Positions 1 through 13,900 of a stretch of 64,000 bases of DNA are shown piece after piece. This DNA is from Leidyana gryllorum EB-2025a. Lineage: Eukaryota; Protista; Apicomplexa. The position numbers were made by a program, and so were the translations under genes. The stretch lies in assembly GCA_048772705.1 (NCBI GenBank), contig JBLWGC010000194.1:1-64000 (forward strand), given 5' to 3'. The stretch's first letter is position 1. The number at the start of each line of letters is the position of its first letter. The notes under the pieces were generated by a model. That model did no database searches. It saw only the letters and a list, made by a program, of their open reading frames with translations, and was not told where the DNA came from.

Positions 1-3000
1 GCCCATTCCGAGAAGTCTCCTTAGAGTCTCCTCTAATTTGGGATGAAGTTATACGGGTAGGTTACAGCCAAAAGAGACGGATGGGTGTCAGATCCCATAC
101 CGTAACCTCCTTCCGATCAGATCTCAGACCGTAACCTCCTTCCGATCAAATCTCAGACCGTAGGCCCATTCCGAGAAGTCTCCTTAGAGTCTCCTCTAAT
201 TTGGGATGAAGTTATACGGGTAGGTTACAGCCAAAAGAGACGGATGGGTGTCAGATCCCATACCGTAACCTCCTTCCGATCAGATCTCAGACCGTAACCT
301 CCTTCCGATCAAATCTCAGACCGTAGGCCCATTCCGAGAAGTCTCCTTAGAGTCTCCTCTAATTTGGGATGAAGTTATACGGGATGGTTACAGCCAAAAG
401 AGACGGATGGGTGTCAGATCCCATACCGTAACCTCCTTCCGATCAGATCTCAGACCGTACCCTCCGTTCGGTCAGATCTCAGACCGTAGGCCCATTCCGA
501 GAAGTCTCCTTAGAGTCTCCTCTAATTTGGGATGAAGTTATAGGGGTAGGTTACAGCCAAAAGAGACGGATGGGTGTCAGATCCCATACCGTAACCTCCT
601 TCCGATCAGATCTCAGACCGTACCCTCCGTTCGGTCAGATCTCAGACCGTAGGCCCATTCCGAGAAGTCTCCTTAGAGTCTCCTCTAATTTGGGATGGAG
701 TTATACGGGTAGGTTACAGCCAAAGGAGACGGATGGGTGTCAGATCCCATACCGTAACCTCCTTCCGATCAGATCTCAGACCGTACCCTCCGTTCGGTCA
801 GATCTCAGACCGTAGGCCCATTCCGAGAAGTCTCCTTAGAGTCTCCTCTAATTTGGGATGAAGTTATAGGGGTAGGTTACAGCCAAAAGAGACGGATGGG
901 TGTCAGATCCCATACCGTAACCTCCTTCCGATCAGATCTCAGACCGTACCCTCCGTTCGGTCAGATCTCAGACCGTAGGCCCATTCCGAGAAGTCTCCTT
1001 AGAGTCTCCTCTAATTTGGGATGGAGTTATACGGGTAGGTTACAGCCAAAGGAGACGGATGGGTGTCAGATCCCATACCGTAACCTCCTTCCGATCAGAT
1101 CTCAAGACCGTACCCTCCTTCCGATCAAATCTCAGACCGTAGGCCCATTCCGAGAAGTCTCCTTAGAGTCTCCTCTAATTTGGGATGAAGTTATACGGGT
1201 AGGTTACAGCCAAAAGAGACGGATGGGTGTCAGATCCCATACCGTAACCTCCTTCCGATCAGATCTCAGACCGTAACCTCCTTCCGATCAAATCTCAGAC
1301 CGTAGGCCCATTCCGAGAAGTCTCCTTAGAGTCTCCTCTAATTTGGGATGAAGTTATACGGGTAGGTTACAGCCAAAAGAGACGGATGGGTGTCAGATCC
1401 CATACCGTAACCTCCTTCCGATCAGATCTCAGACCGTACCCTCCGTTCGGTCAGATCTCAGACCGTAGGCCCATTCCGAGAAGTCTCCTTAGAGTCTCCT
1501 CTAATTTGGGATGAAGTTATACGGGTAGGTTACAGCCAAAAGAGACGGATGGGTGTCAGATCCCATACCGTAACCTCCTTCCGATCAGATCTCAGACCGT
1601 ACCCTCCGTTCGGTCAGATCTCAGACCGTAGGCCCATTCCGAGAAGTCTCCTTAGAGTCTCCTCTAATTTGGGATGAAGTTATACGGGTAGGTTACAGCC
1701 AAAAGAGACGGATGGGTGTCAGATCCCATACCGTAACCTCCTTCCGATCAGATCTCAAGACCGTACCCTCCTTCCGATCAAATCTCAGACCGTAGGCCCA
1801 TTCCGAGAAGTCTCCTTAGAGTCTCCTCTAATTTGGGATGAAGTTATACGGGTAGGTTACAGCCAAAAGAGACGGATGGGTGTCAGATCCCATACCGTAA
1901 CCTCCTTCCGATCAGATCTCAGACCGTACCCTCCGTTCGGTCAGATCTCAGACCGTAGGCCCATTCCGAGAAGTCTCCTTAGAGTCTCCTCTAATTTGGG
2001 ATGAAGTTATACGGGTAGGTTACAGCCAAAAGAGACGGATGGGTGTCAGATCCCATACCGTAACCTCCTTCCGATCAGATCTCAAGACCGTACCCTCCTT
2101 CCGATCAAATCTCAGACCGTAGGCCCATTCCGAGAAGTCTCCTTAGAGTCTCCTCTAATTTGGGATGAAGTTATACGGGTAGGTTACAGCCAAAAGAGAC
2201 GGATGGGTGTCAGATCCCATACCGTAACCTCCTTCCGATCAGATCTCAGACCGTAACCTCCTTCCGATCAAATCTCAGACCGTAGGCCCATTCCGAGAAG
2301 TCTCCTTAGAGTCTCCTCTAATTTGGGATGAAGTTATACGGGTAGGTTACAGCCAAAAGAGACGGATGGGTGTCAGATCCCATACCGTAACCTCCTTCCG
2401 ATCAGATCTCAGACCGTAACCTCCTTCCGATCAAATCTCAGACCGTAGGCCCATTCCGAGAAGTCTCCTTAGAGTCTCCTCTAATTTGGGATGAAGTTAT
2501 ACGGGTAGGTTACAGCCAAAAGAGACGGATGGGTGTCAGATCCCATACCGTAACCTCCTTCCGATCAGATCTCAGACCGTACCCTCCGTTCGGTCAGATC
2601 TCAGACCGTAGGCCCATTCCGAGAAGTCTCCTTAGAGTCTCCTCTAATTTGGGATGAAGTTATACGGGTAGGTTACAGCCAAAAGAGACGGATGGGTGTC
2701 AGATCCCATACCGTAACCTCCTTCCGATCAGATCTCAGACCGTACCCTCCGTTCGGTCAGATCTCAGACCGTAGGCCCATTCCGAGAAGTCTCCTTAGAG
2801 TCTCCTCTAATTTGGGATGAAGTTATACGGGTAGGTTACAGCCAAAAGAGACGGATGGGTGTCAGATCCCATACCGTAACCTCCTTCCGATCAGATCTCA
2901 AGACCGTACCCTCCTTCCGATCAAATCTCAGACCGTAGGCCCATTCCGAGAAGTCTCCTTAGAGTCTCCTCTAATTTGGGATGAAGTTATACGGGTAGGT

Positions 3001-6000
3001 TACAGCCAAAAGAGACGGATGGGTGTCAGATCCCATACCGTAACCTCCTTCCGATCAGATCTCAGACCGTAACCTCCTTCCGATCAAATCTCAGACCGTA
3101 GGCCCATTCCGAGAAGTCTCCTTAGAGTCTCCTCTAATTTGGGATGAAGTTATACGGGTAGGTTACAGCCAAAAGAGACGGATGGGTGTCAGATCCCATA
3201 CCGTAACCTCCTTCCGATCAGATCTCAGACCGTAACCTCCTTCCGATCAAATCTCAGACCGTAGGCCCATTCCGAGAAGTCTCCTTAGAGTCTCCTCTAA
3301 TTTGGGATGAAGTTATACGGGTAGGTTACAGCCAAAAGAGACGGATGGGTGTCAGATCCCATACCGTAACCTCCTTCCGATCAGATCTCAGACCGTACCC
3401 TCCGTTCGGTCAGATCTCAGACCGTAGGCCCATTCCGAGAAGTCTCCTTAGAGTCTCCTCTAATTTGGGATGAAGTTATACGGGTAGGTTACAGCCAAAA
3501 GAGACGGATGGGTGTCAGATCCCATACCGTAACCTCCTTCCGATCAGATCTCAGACCGTACCCTCCGTTCGGTCAGATCTCAGACCGTAGGCCCATTCCG
3601 AGAAGTCTCCTTAGAGTCTCCTCTAATTTGGGATGAAGTTATACGGGTAGGTTACAGCCAAAAGAGACGGATGGGTGTCAGATCCCATACCGTAACCTCC
3701 TTCCGATCAGATCTCAAGACCGTACCCTCCTTCCGATCAAATCTCAGACCGTAGGCCCATTCCGAGAAGTCTCCTTAGAGTCTCCTCTAATTTGGGATGA
3801 AGTTATACGGGTAGGTTACAGCCAAAAGAGACGGATGGGTGTCAGATCCCATACCGTAACCTCCTTCCGATCAGATCTCAGACCGTAACCTCCTTCCGAT
3901 CAAATCTCAGACCGTAGGCCCATTCCGAGAAGTCTCCTTAGAGTCTCCTCTAATTTGGGATGAAGTTATACGGGTAGGTTACAGCCAAAAGAGACGGATG
4001 GGTGTCAGATCCCATACCGTAACCTCCTTCCGATCAGATCTCAGACCGTACCCTCCGTTCGGTCAGATCTCAGACCGTAGGCCCATTCCGAGAAGTCTCC
4101 TTAGAGTCTCCTCTAATTTGGGATGAAGTTATACGGGTAGGTTACAGCCAAAAGAGACGGATGGGTGTCAGATCCCATACCGTAACCTCCTTCCGATCAG
4201 ATCTCAAGACCGTACCCTCCGTTCGGTCAGATCTCAGACCGTACCCTCCTTTCGATCAGATCTGAGACCGTAGGCCCATTCCGAGCAGTCTCCTTAGAGT
4301 CTCCTCTAATTTGGGATGGAGTTATACGGGTAGGTTACAGCCGAAGGAGACGGATGGGTGTCAGATCCCATACCGTAACCTCCTTCCGATCAGATCTCAG
4401 ACCGTACCCTTCGTTCGGTCAGATCTCAGATCGTAGGCCCATTCCGAGAAGTCTCCTTAGAGTCTCCTCTAATTTGGGATGGAGTTATACGGGTAGGTTA
4501 CAGCCAAAGGAGACGGATGGGTGTCAGATCCCATACCGTAACCTCCTTCCGATCAGATCTCAGACCGTACCCTCCGTTCGGTCAGATCTCAGACCGTAGG
4601 CCCATTCCGAGAAGTCTCCTTAGAGTCTCCTCTAATTTGGGATGGAGTTATACGGGTAGGTTACAGCCAAAGGAGACGGATGGGTGTCAGATCCCATACC
4701 GTAACCTCCTTCCGATCAGATCTCAGACCGTACCCTCCGTTCGGTCAGATCTCAGACCGTAGGCCCATTCCGAGAAGTCTCCTTAGAGTCTCCTCTAATT
4801 TGGGATGAAGTTATACGGGTAGGTTACAGCCAAAAGAGACGGATGGGTGTCAGATCCCATACCGTAACCTCCTTCCGATCAGATCTCAGACCGTAACCTC
4901 CTTCCGATCAGATCTCAGACCGTAACCTCCTTCCGATCAAATCTCAGACCGTAGGCCCATTCCGAGAAGTCTCCTTAGAGTCTCCTCTAATTTGGGATGA
5001 AGTTATACGGGTAGGTTACAGCCAAAAGAGACGGATGGGTGTCAGATCCCATACCGTAACCTCCTTCCGATCAGATCTCAAGACCGTACCCTCCTTCCGA
5101 TCAGATCTCAGATCGTAGGCCCATTCCGAGAAATCTCCTTAGAGTCTCCTCTAATTTGGGATGGAGTTATACGGGTAGGTTACAGCCAAAAGAGACGGAT
5201 GGGTGTCAGATCCCATACCGTAACCTCCTTCCGATCAGATCCCATACCGTAACCTCCTTCCGATCAGATCTCAGATCGTAGGCCCATTCCGAGAAGTCTC
5301 CTTAGAGTCTCCTCTAATTTGGGATGGAGTTATACGGGTAGGTTACAGCCAAAGGAGACGGATGGGTGTCAGATCCCATACCGTAACCTCCTTCCGATCA
5401 GATCCCATACCGTAACCTCCTTCCGATCAGATCTCAGATCGTAGGCCCATTCCGAGAAGTCTCCTTAGAGTCTCCTCTAATTTGGGATGGAGTTATACGG
5501 GTAGGTTACAGCCAAAGGAGACGGATGGGTGTCAGATCCCATACCGTAACCTCCTTCCGATCAGATCCCATACCGTAACCTCCTTCCGATCAGATCCCAT
5601 ACCGTAACCTCCTTCCGATCAGATCTCAGACCGTACCCTCCGTTCGGTCAGATCTCAGACCGTAGGCCCATTCCGAGAAGTCTCCTTAGAGTCTCCTCTA
5701 ATTTGGGATGAAGTTATACGGGTAGGTTACAGCCAAAAGAGACGGATGGGTGTCAGATCCCATACCGTAACCTCCTTCCGATCAGATCTCAGACCGTAAC
5801 CTCCTTCCGATCAAATCTCAGACCGTAGGCCCATTCCGAGAAGTCTCCTTAGAGTCTCCTCTAATTTGGGATGAAGTTATACGGGTAGGTTACAGCCAAA
5901 AGAGACGGATGGGTGTCAGATCCCATACCGTAACCTCCTTCCGATCAGATCTCAGACCGTAACCTCCTTCCGATCAAATCTCAGACCGTAGGCCCATTCC

Positions 6001-9000
6001 GAGAAGTCTCCTTAGAGTCTCCTCTAATTTGGGATGAAGTTATACGGGTAGGTTACAGCCAAAAGAGACGGATGGGTGTCAGATCCCATACCGTAACCTC
6101 CTTCCGATCAGATCTCAAGACCGTACCCTCCTTCCGATCAGATCTCAGATCGTAGGCCCATTCCGAGAAGTCTCCTTAGAGTCTCCTCTAATTTGGGATG
6201 GAGTTATACGGGTAGGTTACAGCCAAAAGAGACGGATGGGTGTCAGATCCCATACCGTAACCTCCTTCCGATCAGATCCCATACCGTAACCTCCTTCCGA
6301 TCAGATCTCAGATCGTAGGCCCATTCCGAGAAGTCTCCTTAGAGTCTCCTCTAATTTGGGATGGAGTTATACGGGTAGGTTACAGCCAAAGGAGACGGAT
6401 GGGTGTCAGATCCCATACCGTAACCTCCTTCCGATCAGATCTCAGACCGTACCCTCCGTTCGGTCAGATCTCAGACCGTAGGCCCATTCCGAGAAGTCTC
6501 CTTAGAGTCTCCTCTAATTTGGGATGAAGTTATACGGGTAGGTTACAGCCAAAAGAGACGGATGGGTGTCAGATCCCATACCGTAACCTCCTTCCGATCA
6601 GATCTCAAGACCGTACCCTCCTTCCGATCAAATCTCAGACCGTAGGCCCATTCCGAGAAGTCTCCTTAGAGTCTCCTCTAATTTGGGATGAAGTTATACG
6701 GGTAGGTTACAGCCAAAAGAGACGGATGGGTGTCAGATCCCATACCGTAACCTCCTTCCGATCAGATCTCAGACCGTAACCTCCTTCCGATCAAATCTCA
6801 GACCGTAGGCCCATTCCGAGAAGTCTCCTTAGAGTCTCCTCTAATTTGGGATGAAGTTATACGGGTAGGTTACAGCCAAAAGAGACGGATGGGTGTCAGA
6901 TCCCATACCGTAACCTCCTTCCGATCAGATCTCAGACCGTAACCTCCTTCCGATCAAATCTCAGACCGTAGGCCCATTCCGAGAAGTCTCCTTAGAGTCT
7001 CCTCTAATTTGGGATGAAGTTATACGGGTAGGTTACAGCCAAAAGAGACGGATGGGTGTCAGATCCCATACCGTAACCTCCTTCCGATCAGATCTCAGAC
7101 CGTACCCTCCGTTCGGTCAGATCTCAGACCGTAGGCCCATTCCGAGAAGTCTCCTTAGAGTCTCCTCTAATTTGGGATGAAGTTATACGGGTAGGTTACA
7201 GCCAAAAGAGACGGATGGGTGTCAGATCCCATACCGTAACCTCCTTCCGATCAGATCTCAGACCGTACCCTCCGTTCGGTCAGATCTCAGACCGTAGGCC
7301 CATTCCGAGAAGTCTCCTTAGAGTCTCCTCTAATTTGGGATGAAGTTATACGGGTAGGTTACAGCCAAAAGAGACGGATGGGTGTCAGATCCCATACCGT
7401 AACCTCCTTCCGATCAGATCTCAAGACCGTACCCTCCTTCCGATCAAATCTCAGACCGTAGGCCCATTCCGAGAAGTCTCCTTAGAGTCTCCTCTAATTT
7501 GGGATGAAGTTATACGGGTAGGTTACAGCCAAAAGAGACGGATGGGTGTCAGATCCCATACCGTAACCTCCTTCCGATCAGATCTCAGACCGTAACCTCC
7601 TTCCGATCAAATCTCAGACCGTAGGCCCATTCCGAGAAGTCTCCTTAGAGTCTCCTCTAATTTGGGATGAAGTTATACGGGTAGGTTACAGCCAAAAGAG
7701 ACGGATGGGTGTCAGATCCCATACCGTAACCTCCTTCCGATCAGATCTCAGACCGTAACCTCCTTCCGATCAAATCTCAGACCGTAGGCCCATTCCGAGA
7801 AGTCTCCTTAGAGTCTCCTCTAATTTGGGATGAAGTTATACGGGTAGGTTACAGCCAAAAGAGACGGATGGGTGTCAGATCCCATACCGTAACCTCCTTC
7901 CGATCAGATCTCAGACCGTACCCTCCGTTCGGTCAGATCTCAGACCGTAGGCCCATTCCGAGAAGTCTCCTTAGAGTCTCCTCTAATTTGGGATGAAGTT
8001 ATACGGGTAGGTTACAGCCAAAAGAGACGGATGGGTGTCAGATCCCATACCGTAACCTCCTTCCGATCAGATCTCAGACCGTACCCTCCGTTCGGTCAGA
8101 TCTCAGACCGTAGGCCCATTCCGAGAAGTCTCCTTAGAGTCTCCTCTAATTTGGGATGAAGTTATACGGGTAGGTTACAGCCAAAAGAGACGGATGGGTG
8201 TCAGATCCCATACCGTAACCTCCTTCCGATCAGATCTCAAGACCGTACCCTCCTTCCGATCAAATCTCAGACCGTAGGCCCATTCCGAGAAGTCTCCTTA
8301 GAGTCTCCTCTAATTTGGGATGAAGTTATACGGGTAGGTTACAGCCAAAAGAGACGGATGGGTGTCAGATCCCATACCGTAACCTCCTTCCGATCAGATC
8401 TCAGACCGTAACCTCCTTCCGATCAAATCTCAGACCGTAGGCCCATTCCGAGAAGTCTCCTTAGAGTCTCCTCTAATTTGGGATGAAGTTATACGGGTAG
8501 GTTACAGCCAAAAGAGACGGATGGGTGTCAGATCCCATACCGTAACCTCCTTCCGATCAGATCTCAGACCGTACCCTCCGTTCGGTCAGATCTCAGACCG
8601 TAGGCCCATTCCGAGAAGTCTCCTTAGAGTCTCCTCTAATTTGGGATGAAGTTATACGGGTAGGTTACAGCCAAAAGAGACGGATGGGTGTCAGATCCCA
8701 TACCGTAACCTCCTTCCGATCAGATCTCAAGACCGTACCCTCCGTTCGGTCAGATCTCAGACCGTACCCTCCTTTCGATCAGATCTGAGACCGTAGGCCC
8801 ATTCCGAGCAGTCTCCTTAGAGTCTCCTCTAATTTGGGATGGAGTTATACGGGTAGGTTACAGCCGAAGGAGACGGATGGGTGTCAGATCCCATACCGTA
8901 ACCTCCTTCCGATCAGATCTCAGACCGTACCCTTCGTTCGGTCAGATCTCAGATCGTAGGCCCATTCCGAGAAGTCTCCTTAGAGTCTCCTCTAATTTGG

Positions 9001-12000
9001 GATGGAGTTATACGGGTAGGTTACAGCCAAAGGAGACGGATGGGTGTCAGATCCCATACCGTAACCTCCTTCCGATCAGATCTCAGACCGTACCCTCCGT
9101 TCGGTCAGATCTCAGACCGTAGGCCCATTCCGAGAAGTCTCCTTAGAGTCTCCTCTAATTTGGGATGGAGTTATACGGGTAGGTTACAGCCAAAGGAGAC
9201 GGATGGGTGTCAGATCCCATACCGTAACCTCCTTCCGATCAGATCTCAGACCGTACCCTCCGTTCGGTCAGATCTCAGACCGTAGGCCCATTCCGAGAAG
9301 TCTCCTTAGAGTCTCCTCTAATTTGGGATGAAGTTATACGGGTAGGTTACAGCCAAAAGAGACGGATGGGTGTCAGATCCCATACCGTAACCTCCTTCCG
9401 ATCAGATCTCAGACCGTAACCTCCTTCCGATCAGATCTCAGACCGTAACCTCCTTCCGATCAAATCTCAGACCGTAGGCCCATTCCGAGAAGTCTCCTTA
9501 GAGTCTCCTCTAATTTGGGATGAAGTTATACGGGTAGGTTACAGCCAAAAGAGACGGATGGGTGTCAGATCCCATACCGTAACCTCCTTCCGATCAGATC
9601 TCAAGACCGTACCCTCCTTCCGATCAGATCTCAGATCGTAGGCCCATTCCGAGAAATCTCCTTAGAGTCTCCTCTAATTTGGGATGGAGTTATACGGGTA
9701 GGTTACAGCCAAAAGAGACGGATGGGTGTCAGATCCCATACCGTAACCTCCTTCCGATCAGATCCCATACCGTAACCTCCTTCCGATCAGATCTCAGATC
9801 GTAGGCCCATTCCGAGAAGTCTCCTTAGAGTCTCCTCTAATTTGGGATGGAGTTATACGGGTAGGTTACAGCCAAAGGAGACGGATGGGTGTCAGATCCC
9901 ATACCGTAACCTCCTTCCGATCAGATCCCATACCGTAACCTCCTTCCGATCAGATCTCAGATCGTAGGCCCATTCCGAGAAGTCTCCTTAGAGTCTCCTC
10001 TAATTTGGGATGGAGTTATACGGGTAGGTTACAGCCAAAGGAGACGGATGGGTGTCAGATCCCATACCGTAACCTCCTTCCGATCAGATCCCATACCGTA
10101 ACCTCCTTCCGATCAGATCCCATACCGTAACCTCCTTCCGATCAGATCTCAGACCGTACCCTCCGTTCGGTCAGATCTCAGACCGTAGGCCCATTCCGAG
10201 AAGTCTCCTTAGAGTCTCCTCTAATTTGGGATGAAGTTATACGGGTAGGTTACAGCCAAAAGAGACGGATGGGTGTCAGATCCCATACCGTAACCTCCTT
10301 CCGATCAGATCTCAGACCGTAACCTCCTTCCGATCAAATCTCAGACCGTAGGCCCATTCCGAGAAGTCTCCTTAGAGTCTCCTCTAATTTGGGATGAAGT
10401 TATACGGGTAGGTTACAGCCAAAAGAGACGGATGGGTGTCAGATCCCATACCGTAACCTCCTTCCGATCAGATCTCAGACCGTAACCTCCTTCCGATCAA
10501 ATCTCAGACCGTAGGCCCATTCCGAGAAGTCTCCTTAGAGTCTCCTCTAATTTGGGATGAAGTTATACGGGTAGGTTACAGCCAAAAGAGACGGATGGGT
10601 GTCAGATCCCATACCGTAACCTCCTTCCGATCAGATCTCAAGACCGTACCCTCCTTCCGATCAGATCTCAGATCGTAGGCCCATTCCGAGAAGTCTCCTT
10701 AGAGTCTCCTCTAATTTGGGATGGAGTTATACGGGTAGGTTACAGCCAAAAGAGACGGATGGGTGTCAGATCCCATACCGTAACCTCCTTCCGATCAGAT
10801 CCCATACCGTAACCTCCTTCCGATCAGATCTCAGATCGTAGGCCCATTCCGAGAAGTCTCCTTAGAGTCTCCTCTAATTTGGGATGGAGTTATACGGGTA
10901 GGTTACAGCCAAAGGAGACGGATGGGTGTCAGATCCCATACCGTAACCTCCTTCCGATCAGATCTCAGACCGTACCCTCCGTTCGGTCAGATCTCAGACC
11001 GTAGGCCCATTCCGAGAAGTCTCCTTAGAGTCTCCTCTAATTTGGGATGAAGTTATACGGGTAGGTTACAGCCAAAAGAGACGGATGGGTGTCAGATCCC
11101 ATACCGTAACCTCCTTCCGATCAGATCTCAGACCGTAACCTCCTTCCGATCAAATCTCAGACCGTAGGCCCATTCCGAGAAGTCTCCTTAGAGTCTCCTC
11201 TAATTTGGGATGAAGTTATACGGGTAGGTTACAGCCAAAAGAGACGGATGGGTGTCAGATCCCATACCGTAACCTCCTTCCGATCAGATCTCAGACCGTA
11301 CCCTACGTTCGGTCAGATCTCAGACCGTAGGCCCATTCCGAGAAGTCTCCTTAGAGTCTCCTCTAATTTGGGATGGAGTTATACGGGTAGGTTACAGCCA
11401 AAAGAGACGGATGGGTGTCAGATCCCATACCGTAACCTCCTTCCGATCAGATCCCATACCGTAACCTCCTTCCGATCAGATCTCAGACCGTAACCTCCTT
11501 CCGATCAAATCTCAGACCGTAGGCCCATTCCGAGAAGTCTCCTTAGAGTCTCCTCTAATTTGGGATGAAGTTATACGGGTAGGTTACAGCCAAAAGAGAC
11601 GGATGGGTGTCAGATCCCATACCGTAACCTCCTTCCGATCAGATCTCAAGACCGTACCCTCCTTCCGATCAGATCTCAGATCGTAGGCCCATTCCGAGAA
11701 GTCTCCTTAGAGTCTCCTCTAATTTGGGATGGAGTTATACGGGTAGGTTACAGCCAAAAGAGACGGATGGGTGTCAGATCCCATACCGTAACCTCCTTCC
11801 GATCAGATCCCATACCGTAACCTCCTTCCGATCAGATCTCAGATCGTAGGCCCATTCCGAGAAGTCTCCTTAGAGTCTCCTCTAATTTGGGATGGAGTTA
11901 TACGGGTAGGTTACAGCCAAAGGAGACGGATGGGTGTCAGATCCCATACCGTAACCTCCTTCCGATCAGATCTCAGACCGTACCCTCCGTTCGGTCAGAT

Positions 12001-13900
12001 CTCAGACCGTAGGCCCATTCCGAGAAGTCTCCTTAGAGTCTCCTCTAATTTGGGATGAAGTTATACGGGTAGGTTACAGCCAAAAGAGATGGATGGGTGT
12101 CAGATCCCATACCGTAACCTCCTTCCGATCAGATCTCAGACCGTAACCTCCTTCCGATCAAATCTCAGACCGTAGGCCCATTCCGAGAAGTCTCCTTAGA
12201 GTCTCCTCTAATTTGGGATGAAGTTATACGGGTAGGTTACAGCCAAAAGAGACGGATGGGTGTCAGATCCCATACCGTAACCTCCTTCCGATCAGATCTC
12301 AGACCGTACCCTACGTTCGGTCAGATCTCAGACCGTAGGCCCATTCCGAGAAGTCTCCTTAGAGTCTCCTCTAATTTGGGATGAAGTTATACGGGTAGGT
12401 TACAGCCAAAAGAGACGGATGGGTGTCAGATCCCATACCGTAACCTCCTTCCGATCAGATCTCAAGACCGTACCCTCCTTTCGATCAGATCTCAGATCGT
12501 AGGCCCATTCCGAGAAGTCTCCTTAGAGTCTCCTCTAATTTGGGATGGAGTTATACGGGTAGGTTACAGCCAAAAGAGACGGATGGGTGTCAGATCCCAT
12601 ACCGTAACCTCCTTCCGATCAGATCCCATACCGTAACCTCCGTTCGGTCAGATCTCAGACCGTAACCTCCTTCCGATCAGATCTCAGATCGTAGGCCCAT
12701 TCCGAGAAGTCTCCTTAGAGTCTCCTCTAATTTGGGATGGAGTTATACGGGTAGGTTACAGCCAAAGGAGACGGATGGGTGTCAGATCCCATACCGTAAC
12801 CTCCTTCCGATCAGATCCCATACCGTAACCTCCTTCCGATCAGATCCCATACCGTAACCTCCTTCCGATCAGATCTCAGACCGTAACCTCCTTCCGATCA
12901 GATCTCAGACCGTACCCTCCTTTCGATCAGATCTCAGATCGTAGGCCCATTCCGAGAAGTCTCCTTAGAGTCTCCTCTAATTTGGGATGAAGTTATACGG
13001 GTAAGTTACAGCCAAAGGAGACGGATGGGTGTCAGATCCCATACCGTAACCTCCTTCCGATCAGATCTCAGACCGTACCCTCCGTTCGGTCAGATCTCAG
13101 ACCGTAACCTCCTTCCGATCAGATCTCAGACCGTACCCTCCTTTCGATCAGATCTCAGATCGTAGGCCCATTCCGAGAAGTCTCCTTAGAGTCTCCTCTA
13201 ATTTGGGATGAAGTTATACGGGTAGGTTACAGCCAAAAGAGACGGATGGGTGTCAGATCCCATACCGTAACCTCCTTCCGATCAGATCTCAGACCGTAAC
13301 CTCCTTCCGATCAAATCTCAGACCGTAGGCCCATTCCGAGAAGTCTCCTTAGAGTCTCCTCTAATTTGGGATGAAGTTATACGGGTAGGTTACAGCCAAA
13401 AGAGACGGATGGGTGTCAGATCCCATACCGTAACCTCCTTCCGATCAGATCTCAGACCGTACCCTCCGTTCGGTCAGATCTCAGACCGTAGGCCCATTCC
13501 GAGAAGTCTCCTTAGAGTCTCCTCTAATTTGGGATGGAGTTATACGGGTAGGTTACAGCCAAAAGAGACGGATGGGTGTCAGATCCCATACCGTAACCTC
13601 CTTCCGATCAGATCTCAGACCGTACCCTCCGTTCGGTCAGATCTCAGACCGTAACCTCCTTCCGATCAGATCTCAGACCGTACCCTCCTTTCGATCAGAT
13701 CTCAGATCGTAGGCCCATTCCGAGAAGTCTCCTTAGAGTCTCCTCTAATTTGGGATGAAGTTATACGGGTAAGTTACAGCCAAAGGATACGGATGGGTGT
13801 CCCTCACCGTAGCCTCCTTTCGGTCAGATCTGATACCGTAGGCCATCGTGCAAAGCCTTATTCAGTTTATGATGGAGTCGCAGGGTAGGTTAGAGGGAGA
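1..13900. repeat. Tandem satellite array, 163-bp monomer, ~80+ copies, begins upstream of the window
   Basis: GCCCATTCCGAGAAG recurs at 1, 164, 327, etc. Each monomer has a variable number of 29-bp subrepeats (CAGATCTCAGACCGTAACCTCCTTCCGAT). Degenerate final copies at ~13790-13900. Confidence 0.99.

Noticed and set aside
1-163. Hammerhead-ribozyme satellite or 5S rRNA array
   Set aside because: No CTGANGA/GAAA core on either strand. The 5S resemblance is limited to CCCATTCCGA, with no 5S architecture.
570-13654. Repeated 81-126 aa ORFs (MGVRSHTVTS...) in the satellite
   Set aside because: The 163-bp period is not a multiple of 3 and most monomers contain stops. These ORFs appear only when chance variants remove stops.
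1-13900. CRISPR array
   Set aside because: No unique spacers, no cas genes, and the context is eukaryotic.
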